Positions 8,600-19,198 of a stretch of DNA of 61,117 bases are shown here, in pieces (position 1 is the first letter of the stretch; the number at the start of each line of letters is the position of its first letter). The stretch covers positions 1-61,117 of the IMG/VR virus record IMGVR_UViG_3300042465_003982; one strand, 5' to 3'. Both the position numbers and the translations under genes were made by a program. This DNA is from a virus (lineage: Duplodnaviria; Caudoviricetes). The notes beneath the pieces are model-generated. The model saw nothing but the letters and a program-made list of their open reading frames with translations, ran no database searches and was not told the DNA's origin.

Positions 8600-9024
8600 C
8601 TGAATAAATTTTTTTCTGTTAGTATTTTAAAATTCCAACTGTTATTCTCGCAAAGATTTTTAGCTGCTTTCCATTTAGCATCATTTACTAAAAATGTTTT
8701 CATTTCATTTTTATATGATTTAGTTTTAATATTTTTTGGAGCTTCTGTTTGTTTTTCTGGTTTTACTTCAACAATTAAAGTTTTTTCTTTTCCATTTTTT
8801 TCTTTAAGAAGAACTAAAAAATCAGGATAGTAATTGTGTTTTTTATTATCAACAGGAGATATGTAAGGTATTTTTATACATTCGTAACACCACTTAATTA
8901 TATTTTCTTGTGAATCAAAATACTTGCATAATTTTCTTTCCCACAAAGATTTGCAAAAAATTTTATCCAAATTACCAACATATTTTTTTATGTTTTGTGG
9001 AGTAAATTTTGTCTTATATGCCAT
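8596..9024 (-). CDS. 4: head completion nuclease gp4
   Basis: MAYK.KF.PQN..KY.G, SLWER, IPYISPVD...H.YYPDF, VEVKP, N.AKW.AA. Confidence 0.92.
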   Translation of the reverse strand: MAYKTKFTPQNIKKYVGNLDKIFCKSLWERKLCKYFDSQENIIKWCYECIKIPYISPVDNKKHNYYPDFLVLLKEKNGKEKTLIVEVKPEKQTEAPKNIKTKSYKNEMKTFLVNDAKWKAAKNLCENNSWNFKILTEKNLFR

Positions 9025-9049
9025 GTAAATATATATTAAAGAAAAAAAA

Positions 9050-9838
9050 ATGGCAAATTTTGTATATCCACAAGACGATTTAACAGAAATACCATATTGG
9101 TTAATATTCCATCATGCACCATATAGTGTTTTAGCAAAAGAAAGAACTAGAGATGCTATAGTTTCTAGGTCTGATGGATATATTCAACTTCCTCTACCGC
9201 AAGAACTTTTAATTAAAACTGAACACGAATATAATGCAACGGCAGGTACTGTTGGTGGAAATCAATTATCAAAAGCAAATGAATTAAATACAGTTGGAGG
9301 AAGACCAGCATTATATAAAAAGTTCTTTGTTGATAGAGCATTATATTCTTTAGAAAAGGCAGCTACTACTTCAACATATAGACGATTTGGAAATACAAAC
9401 GAATTAACATTAGTAAATGAAGCTAGAAGAGTTTTTATATTTGAATATGTTTTAGTTCCTAGAAGCTTACTTGAGTCTAGAACTATAACTGATATGTGTA
9501 ATTATTTTAGAACAAATTCCTATCCTGCGGCGACTTCAACACCCGAAAGAACATTTCCCCCAGATTTATGGAGAGTGGCAGTAGCAGGAGAAGGATCAAC
9601 TGAATTTTTAAGTGCTTCTTGGCTCTCAGATCCATTAGTTTGTGTACTTAGATCTGTACATATAAATAAAAGTCCAATACCACAAGATGTTCCTAGATTT
9701 TTTGAAGATGGTGGGCCAATGGTCACTGCTTTAACTTTGGTGTTTCAAGAACATGAAACAGGTACAAATAAAGGTGGAAGAATATTGAGTAAATCTGAAT
9801 TAGCAGCTGATGCTTTAGAATCATCAACTGATACTTAA
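9050..9838 (+). CDS. 48: baseplate tail tube cap gp48-like
   Basis: IQLPLP, R.F.FEY.LVPRS..ES..I..M..YFR, L.LVFQE. Confidence 0.7.
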   Translation: MANFVYPQDDLTEIPYWLIFHHAPYSVLAKERTRDAIVSRSDGYIQLPLPQELLIKTEHEYNATAGTVGGNQLSKANELNTVGGRPALYKKFFVDRALYSLEKAATTSTYRRFGNTNELTLVNEARRVFIFEYVLVPRSLLESRTITDMCNYFRTNSYPAATSTPERTFPPDLWRVAVAGEGSTEFLSASWLSDPLVCVLRSVHINKSPIPQDVPRFFEDGGPMVTALTLVFQEHETGTNKGGRILSKSELAADALESSTDT

Positions 9839-9846
9839 GGAAAGTA

Positions 9847-10590
9847 ATGTTTAATAATTTTAATAAAATTTCATATAATTTTCAAGGAAAAGAATTAAAA
9901 ATGTTTAATTTTTCTAATGGGTATTCTATAGAAAAATTTAAAAATAATATTTTTTCTAAAAAATTAAATTATGATTTATTATTAGATAAAATATCAATAG
10001 AAAATTATTCTGACTTTAAATATTATTATGTACCATTTTATTGTGGAGAAATAATAAATCCATTTTTAGAATTTCCTAAATCCCAAAAGGATGTTGAAGA
10101 GGAAATAGATTCTTATAAGGCTATTTTTTATAGTGGAATTTCTGGTTCATCTTTTTCTTCTGGAGACTTAATTGCAGCAGCCACAGCAGGATTTTGTGCA
10201 GGTTTTGATGTGTCTCAAAATTTTGGTTACATAATCGATAAACAAGAAAATTTAAATAAATTAAAAGCCTTTGTAGTTGGTTCTTTAGGAACTGGAATTA
10301 ACTATGTTTTTAGAAAAGAAGATAACCAGTGGAATCAAAAATATTCCTTTGAATTAAAACTAGTAGAAAATTTTTCTGATTCAGTTGAATATTTTATTAA
10401 TAATGGTATAGAAGAAAAAAATAATGAAAGTAAATTAAATGAATATTATGATTTTAAAAATGGTATTTCTGGTATAAATAGTTTGTTCATATCGAGTCAA
10501 GAAACATATAAACAAAATAAAGAAATATTATATTTTATTGATTCTTTTTCTTTAACAAATTTTGAGAATGAAATAAATGGCAGTAGCTGA
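9847..10590 (+). CDS. 53: baseplate wedge gp53-like
   Basis: MFNNF.KISY start, IINPF.EFP motif; follows gp48. Confidence 0.6.
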   Translation: MFNNFNKISYNFQGKELKMFNFSNGYSIEKFKNNIFSKKLNYDLLLDKISIENYSDFKYYYVPFYCGEIINPFLEFPKSQKDVEEEIDSYKAIFYSGISGSSFSSGDLIAAATAGFCAGFDVSQNFGYIIDKQENLNKLKAFVVGSLGTGINYVFRKEDNQWNQKYSFELKLVENFSDSVEYFINNGIEEKNNESKLNEYYDFKNGISGINSLFISSQETYKQNKEILYFIDSFSLTNFENEINGSS

Positions 10591-12997
10591 TCCTATTATA
10601 ATTAAAGAATTAACCATAACACATGGCAGAGATCCCGATAACATTAAATGGGAAATAATTAAAGATAATCAAAGTTTTGGTTATTTTGAAGATATTATTA
10701 TAGAAGAAAGTATGTTGGGTACAGTTCCTACTGGGACTCTAATATTAAAAGATCAGGGGGATATAGCAGCAGATTTTAATTTTACAGGAAAAGATAAATT
10801 AACAATAGTAATAATTGATATTAGTGGACAAGAAAGAACATTTGATAATTTTTATATCTACCAAGTAAATAGACTAACAAATTATCAATCCAAAGAATCT
10901 CCAAAAGTAATTTCTTTAAAATTTGTCGATGGTTGTTATTTTTCAAACTCAAAAGTATCTTTTGAGTTTGAAGAAGATATAAAGCTTATTTCAGCAGTAA
11001 ATGATACTGATAATTGGATAAAAGATATTTTTCTGCAATATTTTCCAAATCAACAGGATAAATTTTGGGTTACAAAAAGTTCAAATTATGCTTGGTTAAA
11101 AAATAAAAATCTTACTTATCCAATAGGAAGAAGATTTGATAATACTAAATTTTTAACATTATTAAATTATCTTTCTGAATATGCTACATCAACACCACCT
11201 ATAACAACTGAAAAGACAAAACAAAGATCTTTTTTATATGATTCATCTTTAGTAGAGACTTCAACAAAACAAGGAACAGAATCAACACAAGAACCATTTC
11301 CAGATATGTTTTTCTGGAAGGACTTGCATACTATTAATTTTGCTTCAGTAAGAGAATTGATTGATACAGATCCTGTTTCTACATTTTCTGTAACAGAAAC
11401 AGAAGCATATAGTGGTCCTATTAGTTCTGTATCTACTCCAATTAAAATAGATTACATTGAACAATATACAACTTCATTTATGGATTTGGAAAACAATGGA
11501 GCATTTGCTTCTTATTATGAAAGAATAGATCCTAATCTAGATGATCCTATTGCATTTTTATTAGATCAAAGAAATTCTTTAACAAAAAAGAATGTCTATT
11601 ATAATATTACTGATTTTGCTCCAATATCAACATATAACTTTTACGATAGCGTTACTACAAAATGGAAAGTCGCAGATGCACCAGAGGCTGAAAATTTTCC
11701 ATTAGACTTAAATGATATTGTAATACCTCCAGAAAAACCATCTGATCCAATATATGTAAAAAGATTTTATGATCCCGATGGATATGGTTATTTTGATAAT
11801 TTTACTGAAAATTCATCTTATTCAGAACCAATCTATACTTATAGAACAAATTCTGGTTTTACTCTTTCTAGTGAGTATTCATCAAGAGCTTCGACTAATT
11901 ATTGGCAATCTATGTTTGATATAGAGGAAGAAAATCCAAATGAAATAGTAGAAGATGCTGGTGGAGACAGCTTAAAAGAAGTTGCAAAAAAATATATTCA
12001 ATTTAAAAAAATAAATGCAGAAAATACTGCACATTATTATAAACTTAGATCATTAAAAGAAAAATGGAATGTATACAAATATGTTATTTGTTGCATTTAT
12101 AGGCCAGCTATAGAATCTTTCTGGGCATTAATTACTGGTGCTAGACAAATACCAGGACAAACATGGAGACAGGGAGTTGCATATGAATATGGTTGGTCAG
12201 AAGTAAATTTTTTCCCGACAGGTATTTCTGGATTTACTTTGGGTAGTTCTATTTCTCTTAGAAATCCAAAATTTGCTGTTAATTTTGGTTCTAGAATTTC
12301 TACCACAAATTTATATGAAATTGTGCAAGAAGGAGAAGATCCTATTTTTCAGCCAGATGATGGTGGACCGAATCCGAGTCCAGTAATTTTTGATGAACAA
12401 GATCCATCTGCTTGGCCAATAGGAACAACTCTTGAATATGCAACTTATGCTTATAATATAAATGAATTTTTTAATGGTCCGACAGCTAATGCAGGAAATT
12501 ACGCTGGTCCTGGAACCAATTTTAGTGTTTCTGACTATCCAGTAAACTTTTTTAATGTTCCTATTGGCGGATTTCATCCAGCTCTTTCAAATCGATATGA
12601 CTATGGAATAGCTGGTCAAATAGTTAGAATGTATCAAATAGATATTGCATCTATACCAGGAATAACTTTTAATAGACAATCATACGAATTAATGCCGTTC
12701 ATTTATGTTTTTGATGTTGCTAATGATAAGGAAGGAACTTGCGATGTATCAACAGCATTAACTGCTACTGTATTGGCATCAGAATCTATTTGTATTCCAC
12801 CTGAAGCTGATCCTCAATATTGCTGTTGCATTTATGATGCTTCAATAGAGTGCCAGCAATCATCTAGCGGATATCCTTTAAACTGTGTGGATGTAGCTTG
12901 TTATAATCTAGTAATATCTTATGATGATACTTGTATAAATTGTTGGTCTGAAACTTGTGCGTTTTTTGCTAGTGCTCTTTGTGGATGTACTTGTTAA
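10577..12997 (+). CDS. baseplate hub protein (gp27-like N-terminal part) with Cys-rich C-terminus
   Basis: IIIEESM...PTGTL..KD..D....F.FTG.D, MFFWKD..TINFAS; position after gp53. Confidence 0.55.
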   Translation: MAVADPIIIKELTITHGRDPDNIKWEIIKDNQSFGYFEDIIIEESMLGTVPTGTLILKDQGDIAADFNFTGKDKLTIVIIDISGQERTFDNFYIYQVNRLTNYQSKESPKVISLKFVDGCYFSNSKVSFEFEEDIKLISAVNDTDNWIKDIFLQYFPNQQDKFWVTKSSNYAWLKNKNLTYPIGRRFDNTKFLTLLNYLSEYATSTPPITTEKTKQRSFLYDSSLVETSTKQGTESTQEPFPDMFFWKDLHTINFASVRELIDTDPVSTFSVTETEAYSGPISSVSTPIKIDYIEQYTTSFMDLENNGAFASYYERIDPNLDDPIAFLLDQRNSLTKKNVYYNITDFAPISTYNFYDSVTTKWKVADAPEAENFPLDLNDIVIPPEKPSDPIYVKRFYDPDGYGYFDNFTENSSYSEPIYTYRTNSGFTLSSEYSSRASTNYWQSMFDIEEENPNEIVEDAGGDSLKEVAKKYIQFKKINAENTAHYYKLRSLKEKWNVYKYVICCIYRPAIESFWALITGARQIPGQTWRQGVAYEYGWSEVNFFPTGISGFTLGSSISLRNPKFAVNFGSRISTTNLYEIVQEGEDPIFQPDDGGPNPSPVIFDEQDPSAWPIGTTLEYATYAYNINEFFNGPTANAGNYAGPGTNFSVSDYPVNFFNVPIGGFHPALSNRYDYGIAGQIVRMYQIDIASIPGITFNRQSYELMPFIYVFDVANDKEGTCDVSTALTATVLASESICIPPEADPQYCCCIYDASIECQQSSSGYPLNCVDVACYNLVISYDDTCINCWSETCAFFASALCGCTC

Positions 12998-13011
12998 TAA
13001 TAAATATTGTT

Positions 13012-13731
13012 ATGTCTAGCAACTTTATTTTACAATCTTTAATACAAGCTCCGGGTCTTGTTGGGCAAATAAATGAAAAATATGCAGAGCACAAGAACTA
13101 TAAATGTGCAAATCCTGGAGCAGTTGGCGGAAAAATTTCAACAATAAACCAATGCGAAGATTTATTTTTTAAAGATTTAGATGGCGAATGGTTACCGGGA
13201 ATAACATTTAGACCAAAAGAACCAGAACCATCAAATATTGATATAGATACTGCATTTAAAAGTTTAAATGGTTGCACATTTTTAGAAACCGAATTGGGAT
13301 ATGAGTACCTTGGATGTAATTTTTCAGATCCAGATGCTGTTTTTAGTTGCAATTGCCCCATAGTTGGAACTAAATATCCAAAACTATTAAAAATAGCAAC
13401 AAAAAATGCAACATTTTGGAATACTGATTTAAAAGTTCCTCTTATGCGCGGAGCATTTAAAACTTTATTAGATGCTTATAAAATTAAAATAAGAGTAACT
13501 GGAACATTTAGAGTTTGGCCTGGTAATATTGTTGAAATAATTGATCCTCCCCATCCAGAATATCAAATAGCAGATCGTAAATTAAATGGAAAATGGTTAG
13601 TTTTAAGTATGTCTCATAGAATTTTTAAAGATAGACATCATGAAACTACTTTAATATTATCTGCTCTTCCAAATTCTGGTTTCTTTAATTCTTTTAAATC
13701 AAATATTCAAGATATAAATATACAGACATGA
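13012..13731 (+). CDS. hub C-terminal-like protein
   Basis: I.VTG...PG.IVEI...KLNGKWLV.SMSH.I typical of hub C-termini; AATAAATA late-promoter-like motif just before ATG 13012. Confidence 0.55.
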   Translation: MSSNFILQSLIQAPGLVGQINEKYAEHKNYKCANPGAVGGKISTINQCEDLFFKDLDGEWLPGITFRPKEPEPSNIDIDTAFKSLNGCTFLETELGYEYLGCNFSDPDAVFSCNCPIVGTKYPKLLKIATKNATFWNTDLKVPLMRGAFKTLLDAYKIKIRVTGTFRVWPGNIVEIIDPPHPEYQIADRKLNGKWLVLSMSHRIFKDRHHETTLILSALPNSGFFNSFKSNIQDINIQT

Positions 13732-14105
13732 GCTTAAAGGATTTAGATATTTACTTTAGAACGAATGCTCAAAACGACATAAATAGCATTTCACAAACAT
13801 TTTTTGTAAAACAACAAATAAAAAATATATGTGTAACTGAAATTAATGGTTTTAGATTTAATAAAAATATTGGCTCTGCACTAGATGAATTAAAATTCAA
13901 CAATAGTAAATCTAGACAAATTTATTTATTAAATTATCTTGAATCAAAATGTAAATTACTTATAAAAGGATTACAAACTATTGCATTTTCTGTGGATAGA
14001 TCTGATATTTTTAATAGAAAAATCTATTTTAATGTCAATTATAGCAAAAATTCCGATTCTTCTTCATTGACTAATTCTTCGTTCAAATTTTATTTAAATA
14101 AATAA
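13728..14105 (+). CDS. 25: baseplate wedge gp25-like
   Basis: KDLDI.F, VKQQIKNI..T..R.FN..IGS; precedes gp6. Confidence 0.7.
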   Translation: MSLKDLDIYFRTNAQNDINSISQTFFVKQQIKNICVTEINGFRFNKNIGSALDELKFNNSKSRQIYLLNYLESKCKLLIKGLQTIAFSVDRSDIFNRKIYFNVNYSKNSDSSSLTNSSFKFYLNK

Positions 14106-14109
14106 TTTT

Positions 14110-15837
14110 ATGAATGAACCAAAAAATATAGATCTTATCAATCTTGATTATAATGATCTAAAAGAAAATCTAAGAACATATTTAAAATCAACTAGTTACG
14201 CAAATACTTTTGATTTTAATAGTGAAGGTACAGCAATTGATATGTTGCTGGGGATATTTACATATAACAATTTAATTTGGTTGCATTATTTGCATGCTCT
14301 TAATAATGAAAGTTTTATTGATAGTGCTCAAAAAACAAGTTCTTTGGTAAAATTATTACAGACAAATGGTTTTACTGCCAATAGATACAAATCTTCAACT
14401 TGTCTTGTATCGTTTAGTAAGATTAATAGCTCTGTTGCTGAAATCGATAGATTTGCCGTTTTACAAAATAAAAATTCAAATAATAATTTAATAAATTTTT
14501 ATTATGTTGGTCCAAGAACAACCGTTGATATTTCAACAACATTACAATTTTATTCTGGTTCTAAATTAGTTAAAAATTTAATTCCAACTGTAGATTATGA
14601 TAATCAGGAAATAGAATTACCAGATTCTAATGTTGATATTAGAACAATTGTTGTAAATATTAATGATGAATATTGGACTAATTATACAAATGAACCAATA
14701 ATAGGAACAAATGAAACATCAAAAATATTTTTTACTGTAAATAAAGGTTCAAAAATATTCGTAAAATTTGGTAAAAATATTCAATCATCTGATGCAACTA
14801 TAGGAAAATCTGTGCTTCCTACTGATACTATAACGGTATCTTATGTTGTTTCCAATGGAGAAAAAGGAAATAATACATCATTTAATTCTATTTCACAATT
14901 TGTGCAAAATGGTTCTTTAAATATACCATCTATATCAATAAGCTCAAATACTTCTTCTGGCGGTTATTCACAAATTGACAATGAATATTTAAAGTATATT
15001 AGTCCTAGATCATATAGTTATTCATCTCTAGTTACAAAGAGCGATTTTGAATATGTAATAGCAAATTCTGGATTACTCCCAACTATAACAGAAATTGATC
15101 AAAGAGTATCGGTTTTTGATGGTCAAGAATATAATGATCGTTATGGAACAGTATATTTTTCAATAATAGATTTGGGCGTTACATCTAATGAAGTTTCTTC
15201 ATTGATTCAATTATTAAAAGCAAAAATGATCGTTGGATTAAATCTTGATTATATTGAATCACAAGACTTTATAGGAAAAATAGCTTTATCGTGTAAGTTG
15301 GATACCAAAAAAACTACAAATACTAAAGCAAATTTACAATCTCAAATAACAAATAGTATAACAGATATTTATTCAAAGAAATTATTTTTTAATAATATTT
15401 CTAAATCTGAATTAATCAACATTTGTGTTGGAATTGATTCTAATATTTCAGTATCTGATTCTAGTATAACAATTATTTTTGATAAAACTCTCGATTTATC
15501 AACACAAAAAATAATAAGATTCTATAACGAAATTCAATCTTTATACACCAATTTTATAACAACAAATTTATCAACATCACAAATTAAATTTGTAAATTCT
15601 ACTATTGAAGTTCCAGAATTAAATGGATTCAAATATATTGAAGCTAGAGATTCATCGGATACAGTTATAAACAGTAAAGTGGGAATTTATAATCCTACTA
15701 CTGGGTTTATTCAAATATATGATCATATTACTACAAATGATTCTTTAACATTTACTATAACACCAGCAAGCTCTTCCATAACAGCTATAAACAATATGGC
15801 TATAGATTATGAAGTAGATTCAGTTACAATCACATGA
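14110..15837 (+). CDS. 6: baseplate wedge gp6
   Basis: LDY.DLK.NL..YL....FDF.SEG, NESFIDSAQ..SSLV, VT.SDF. Confidence 0.85.
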   Translation: MNEPKNIDLINLDYNDLKENLRTYLKSTSYANTFDFNSEGTAIDMLLGIFTYNNLIWLHYLHALNNESFIDSAQKTSSLVKLLQTNGFTANRYKSSTCLVSFSKINSSVAEIDRFAVLQNKNSNNNLINFYYVGPRTTVDISTTLQFYSGSKLVKNLIPTVDYDNQEIELPDSNVDIRTIVVNINDEYWTNYTNEPIIGTNETSKIFFTVNKGSKIFVKFGKNIQSSDATIGKSVLPTDTITVSYVVSNGEKGNNTSFNSISQFVQNGSLNIPSISISSNTSSGGYSQIDNEYLKYISPRSYSYSSLVTKSDFEYVIANSGLLPTITEIDQRVSVFDGQEYNDRYGTVYFSIIDLGVTSNEVSSLIQLLKAKMIVGLNLDYIESQDFIGKIALSCKLDTKKTTNTKANLQSQITNSITDIYSKKLFFNNISKSELINICVGIDSNISVSDSSITIIFDKTLDLSTQKIIRFYNEIQSLYTNFITTNLSTSQIKFVNSTIEVPELNGFKYIEARDSSDTVINSKVGIYNPTTGFIQIYDHITTNDSLTFTITPASSSITAINNMAIDYEVDSVTIT

Positions 15838-16589
15838 TATTATTTTTTAATCAAAATAAAAATCAAAATCTGACTCCCGCCGAATTGGATTTAAATGCTG
15901 GAGCCGAATATGCAATTGCTATATTAAACCAAACGCATAATACACAAGAAGTTAGAAATAATAGAAATTACTCCTATAGAGTACAAAATCAATTTCCTTC
16001 TTGGCTAATAACTGAATCAGAAGATAATTCTTCATATAACACTATAAATTTGGTACAAGAATTATACAATTGGATTTTTTCAAAAAACGGTCTTGATCTT
16101 TATCCAAATTTTGAAAATCTACAAAATCCATTTTATACAAATGAAGAATCATTAAAAAAAATATATTCGTCATTATTTTCTAATTTTGATTTTTCTGATT
16201 TTAATGATATAAAAATTTTAAGAGAATTTTTAATTTCAAATAAACAAAAATTTATAGAAAAAAAAGGTACAGAAGAATCTTTTAAGATATTCATACAAAC
16301 TTTTTTCAATTCTGCTTTTAATGATTTTAAAATTGAATATGGTTCAAATGGTACATTTTTATTAAATCAATCCAATACAAATACTGAAATATTATCAGAT
16401 GGTAGATATAATCAAGAATTTTCTATAAAATTAGAAGCAAATATTGATGAAAAATATCAAGATGATTTAATATCTCTACTTAAACCAATGGGATTTTATT
16501 TTGATTTAGTTAATAGTGAAAATACTTTATTCTCTGGTACAGTAACAAGTTCGTTGGACATAGAGCCAAAAGAAATCATAATTTCTTGA
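15834..16589 (+). CDS. 7: baseplate wedge gp7-like (short)
   Basis: QFPSW, KKGTEESFKIF..TFF, LLKPMG motifs; follows gp6. Confidence 0.6.
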   Translation: MILFFNQNKNQNLTPAELDLNAGAEYAIAILNQTHNTQEVRNNRNYSYRVQNQFPSWLITESEDNSSYNTINLVQELYNWIFSKNGLDLYPNFENLQNPFYTNEESLKKIYSSLFSNFDFSDFNDIKILREFLISNKQKFIEKKGTEESFKIFIQTFFNSAFNDFKIEYGSNGTFLLNQSNTNTEILSDGRYNQEFSIKLEANIDEKYQDDLISLLKPMGFYFDLVNSENTLFSGTVTSSLDIEPKEIIIS

Positions 16590-16604
16590 TCTATACATAA
16601 TTGT

Positions 16605-18476
16605 ATGCCAAATGACTCTTCATCTAGATATTCTTTTGCTATAGAGAAATTTATAAATTCTGCTCTAACCAACGATTTTTACATTGGTCTTGGTGTAGAT
16701 TCAGTCGGATATGAAGCTAAAGATACGAGATTAAATAAAAAAATAGCAAATGTTTCTAGTTTTATTAAAAGGGTAAAATTAAGCGATATAAATTCTGCAT
16801 TTAAAAGAAACGATTGGTACGAAGGAAAAACATTCAAAGTTTTTGATACTACGGACCCAGACATATCAAGCAGTACATGCTATAATACAAATACAAATGA
16901 ATTGTTTTTATGTATCGAAAATTCAAGTCAAAATAAATTTTACAATAGAAATTTTGCATCAAGATCCAAATTTGCTCCTTCAGGATCTAATGGTACTATA
17001 ATTGATACAAATGATGGTTATAAGTGGCTAAAAATTAATTATGATCCATCTCCTCTATCTACAAATTATATTAGAATTTTTGGAATAGAGGGAATGCAAA
17101 ACTTTAAAGGATTTACTGCTGATAATTCTGGACCAACAGCAGCAATAAACGAATTACATGGTGCTTCTGGCCTCACTTATGGCACATGTTGCCTATATGT
17201 TAAAGAAGCTTTTGTAGAACCAATAACAAATAAGACCTATTCTTCTGGAGATATATTAGCAGCTTATAAAGTAGCTAATGCTTGGTCATGTGACCATCTA
17301 GGTCAATTAACAAGTTTACATTCTGTATTTAAACCAAATATAACTGGTTCAGAATATGGTGGATTTTATAATATTTCATCAACCAGCGGATGTACTCCGT
17401 GTGAGGCATCATATACAGATGTAACTCCATTCTTATCATTTGCTTCGGGTGGATCTGCTGGTTATTCATCAACCAACACCTATAGAAAAAATTATGAAAT
17501 TTTAACATCTATTCCATCTGGATGTATATTAAATGCAATAATAAATGATGTTTCGTCTACATCATATTATGTGAGTGCTGAACGACCAGAATTAAATATT
17601 AAAGTTGATGGGACATTAGGCTCATGTAAAGGATATTTAAAAACTGAATATATTGGTGGAAATTATGGATGGAAAGTAACTGGTATTGAACTTGAAAATC
17701 AACTATCAAGTAGTAATATAACTTATGCAGAGGCAGTAAATGTTATCGATTGTACTGGTTCTGCATCTTCTGGTGATTTTTCTAATCTTTTAGCTTCAAT
17801 ACAATTTAATTTATCACCAATTACAAAAACTCAAGAATCATATCTTTCTATAATGGATTTACTTAGAACAGATAAGATTTCTATTTCTGCATCTATTACT
17901 AGTGCAAATCTACAAACACTTATTCCTACAATAGGAGCAACATATTCATTCTCAAGTGCATTCCTAACTTCAAATATTAAAAATTCCTCTGGCTATAAAT
18001 TTGCACCAAAGATCTATAGAGACTTTACGGAATATTTAAAGACCAGTACTACTGCTTCTATTGAAGTAATACAGGGAGATTTGAATAGTATATCATTTGA
18101 TACTGTAGCAACAGATATAGTATCTAGTGATATTTCTACAAATTATCTAGTCAATAGAGATTCGCAGAATAAAAAAATTGGATCTGATGAAACTCAATTT
18201 GAACCAGGCAAACCAGTTTTTAGTTATAATTTTGCTTTTGATAATGTTTCTTCTGGACAAACTAGTGGAACATTTGAAATTAGCAAATATAATGCTTATG
18301 GCTTGACAAGTGGAGGAACATATTTCTTCCAGACACAAGGAGCAACATATGGAGTTATTCGAATAAATGGAGTAACTACATCTCAAATAAATATGTCAGA
18401 TTGTGATGTTTTATTTGCAACAGATAGTGCGTTTAATCAAGACAAGAACACAGTAACTTTAATTTTCAATATCTAA
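16605..18476 (+). CDS. 8: baseplate wedge gp8-like
   Basis: R.DW..GKTF, LFLCIEN, DGYKW motifs; TATACATA upstream. Confidence 0.65.
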   Translation: MPNDSSSRYSFAIEKFINSALTNDFYIGLGVDSVGYEAKDTRLNKKIANVSSFIKRVKLSDINSAFKRNDWYEGKTFKVFDTTDPDISSSTCYNTNTNELFLCIENSSQNKFYNRNFASRSKFAPSGSNGTIIDTNDGYKWLKINYDPSPLSTNYIRIFGIEGMQNFKGFTADNSGPTAAINELHGASGLTYGTCCLYVKEAFVEPITNKTYSSGDILAAYKVANAWSCDHLGQLTSLHSVFKPNITGSEYGGFYNISSTSGCTPCEASYTDVTPFLSFASGGSAGYSSTNTYRKNYEILTSIPSGCILNAIINDVSSTSYYVSAERPELNIKVDGTLGSCKGYLKTEYIGGNYGWKVTGIELENQLSSSNITYAEAVNVIDCTGSASSGDFSNLLASIQFNLSPITKTQESYLSIMDLLRTDKISISASITSANLQTLIPTIGATYSFSSAFLTSNIKNSSGYKFAPKIYRDFTEYLKTSTTASIEVIQGDLNSISFDTVATDIVSSDISTNYLVNRDSQNKKIGSDETQFEPGKPVFSYNFAFDNVSSGQTSGTFEISKYNAYGLTSGGTYFFQTQGATYGVIRINGVTTSQINMSDCDVLFATDSAFNQDKNTVTLIFNI

Positions 18477-18477
18477 A

Positions 18478-19188
18478 ATGAGCAACAATTATCCTTTCGA
18501 AAACCAATTTCCTTTAACCAATTATCCTTATTCTAGTAGATTCTGGGGTTCGAATGTTGATTTAGATCCAAGAAAGAACTACGCATTTATTGGATTTAAG
18601 CCAAAAACAAGACTTCAGGCTTCAGAATTGAATGAATTGCAAGAAATTTTTGCAATGCAAAATACATTAAATTTAAATCTTATAAGAGAATGGTTTAATG
18701 AATTAAATGGCACTACATGTGATGGACCAGCATGGGAAGGAGCAACCCCACTTTATCCAAAAACTCATCCAGATGGTTTAACCTATGAAAATATGGTAAC
18801 ATATTCTTATACTGGTACAGGAGGAGTTACTTTTACTTTTAATGAAGGATGGTATCTTTCTACTCTAAATTCTGGAATAAAGCAATGGGTTTACTTAAAT
18901 AGTGACTCTATTGTTAGAATAAGTCCTACAAATAATACAGAATATTATGCTGGACTATCTTTAACTACTGATTATATCGATTGCTCGGAAGATACAACAC
19001 TGATGGATAATTCTTCTGGAATAGTTTCAGAATCTATATGCGGTGCTGATAGATATAAGATATCATTCAGTACGGCTCAAATAACTGGTACTACTAGTTA
19101 CAATAATAATCTATTTCAAAAAGTAATTAAATTTGGTTTATCAGGATCTACTTTTTCGGTGCAATATATTAATGGTTTAACAATATGA
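18478..19188 (+). CDS. baseplate-associated virion protein (DUF4815/VrlC-like N-terminal domain only)
   Basis: KNY..IGFKP...LQASELNELQ and GADRYKI motifs. Confidence 0.6.
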   Translation: MSNNYPFENQFPLTNYPYSSRFWGSNVDLDPRKNYAFIGFKPKTRLQASELNELQEIFAMQNTLNLNLIREWFNELNGTTCDGPAWEGATPLYPKTHPDGLTYENMVTYSYTGTGGVTFTFNEGWYLSTLNSGIKQWVYLNSDSIVRISPTNNTEYYAGLSLTTDYIDCSEDTTLMDNSSGIVSESICGADRYKISFSTAQITGTTSYNNNLFQKVIKFGLSGSTFSVQYINGLTI

Positions 19189-19198
19189 GGTTTTAATT

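Noticed and set aside
8596-9024. Transposase TnsA or homing endonuclease
   Set aside because: Motifs and synteny match T4 gp4 head completion nuclease; no mobile-element ends
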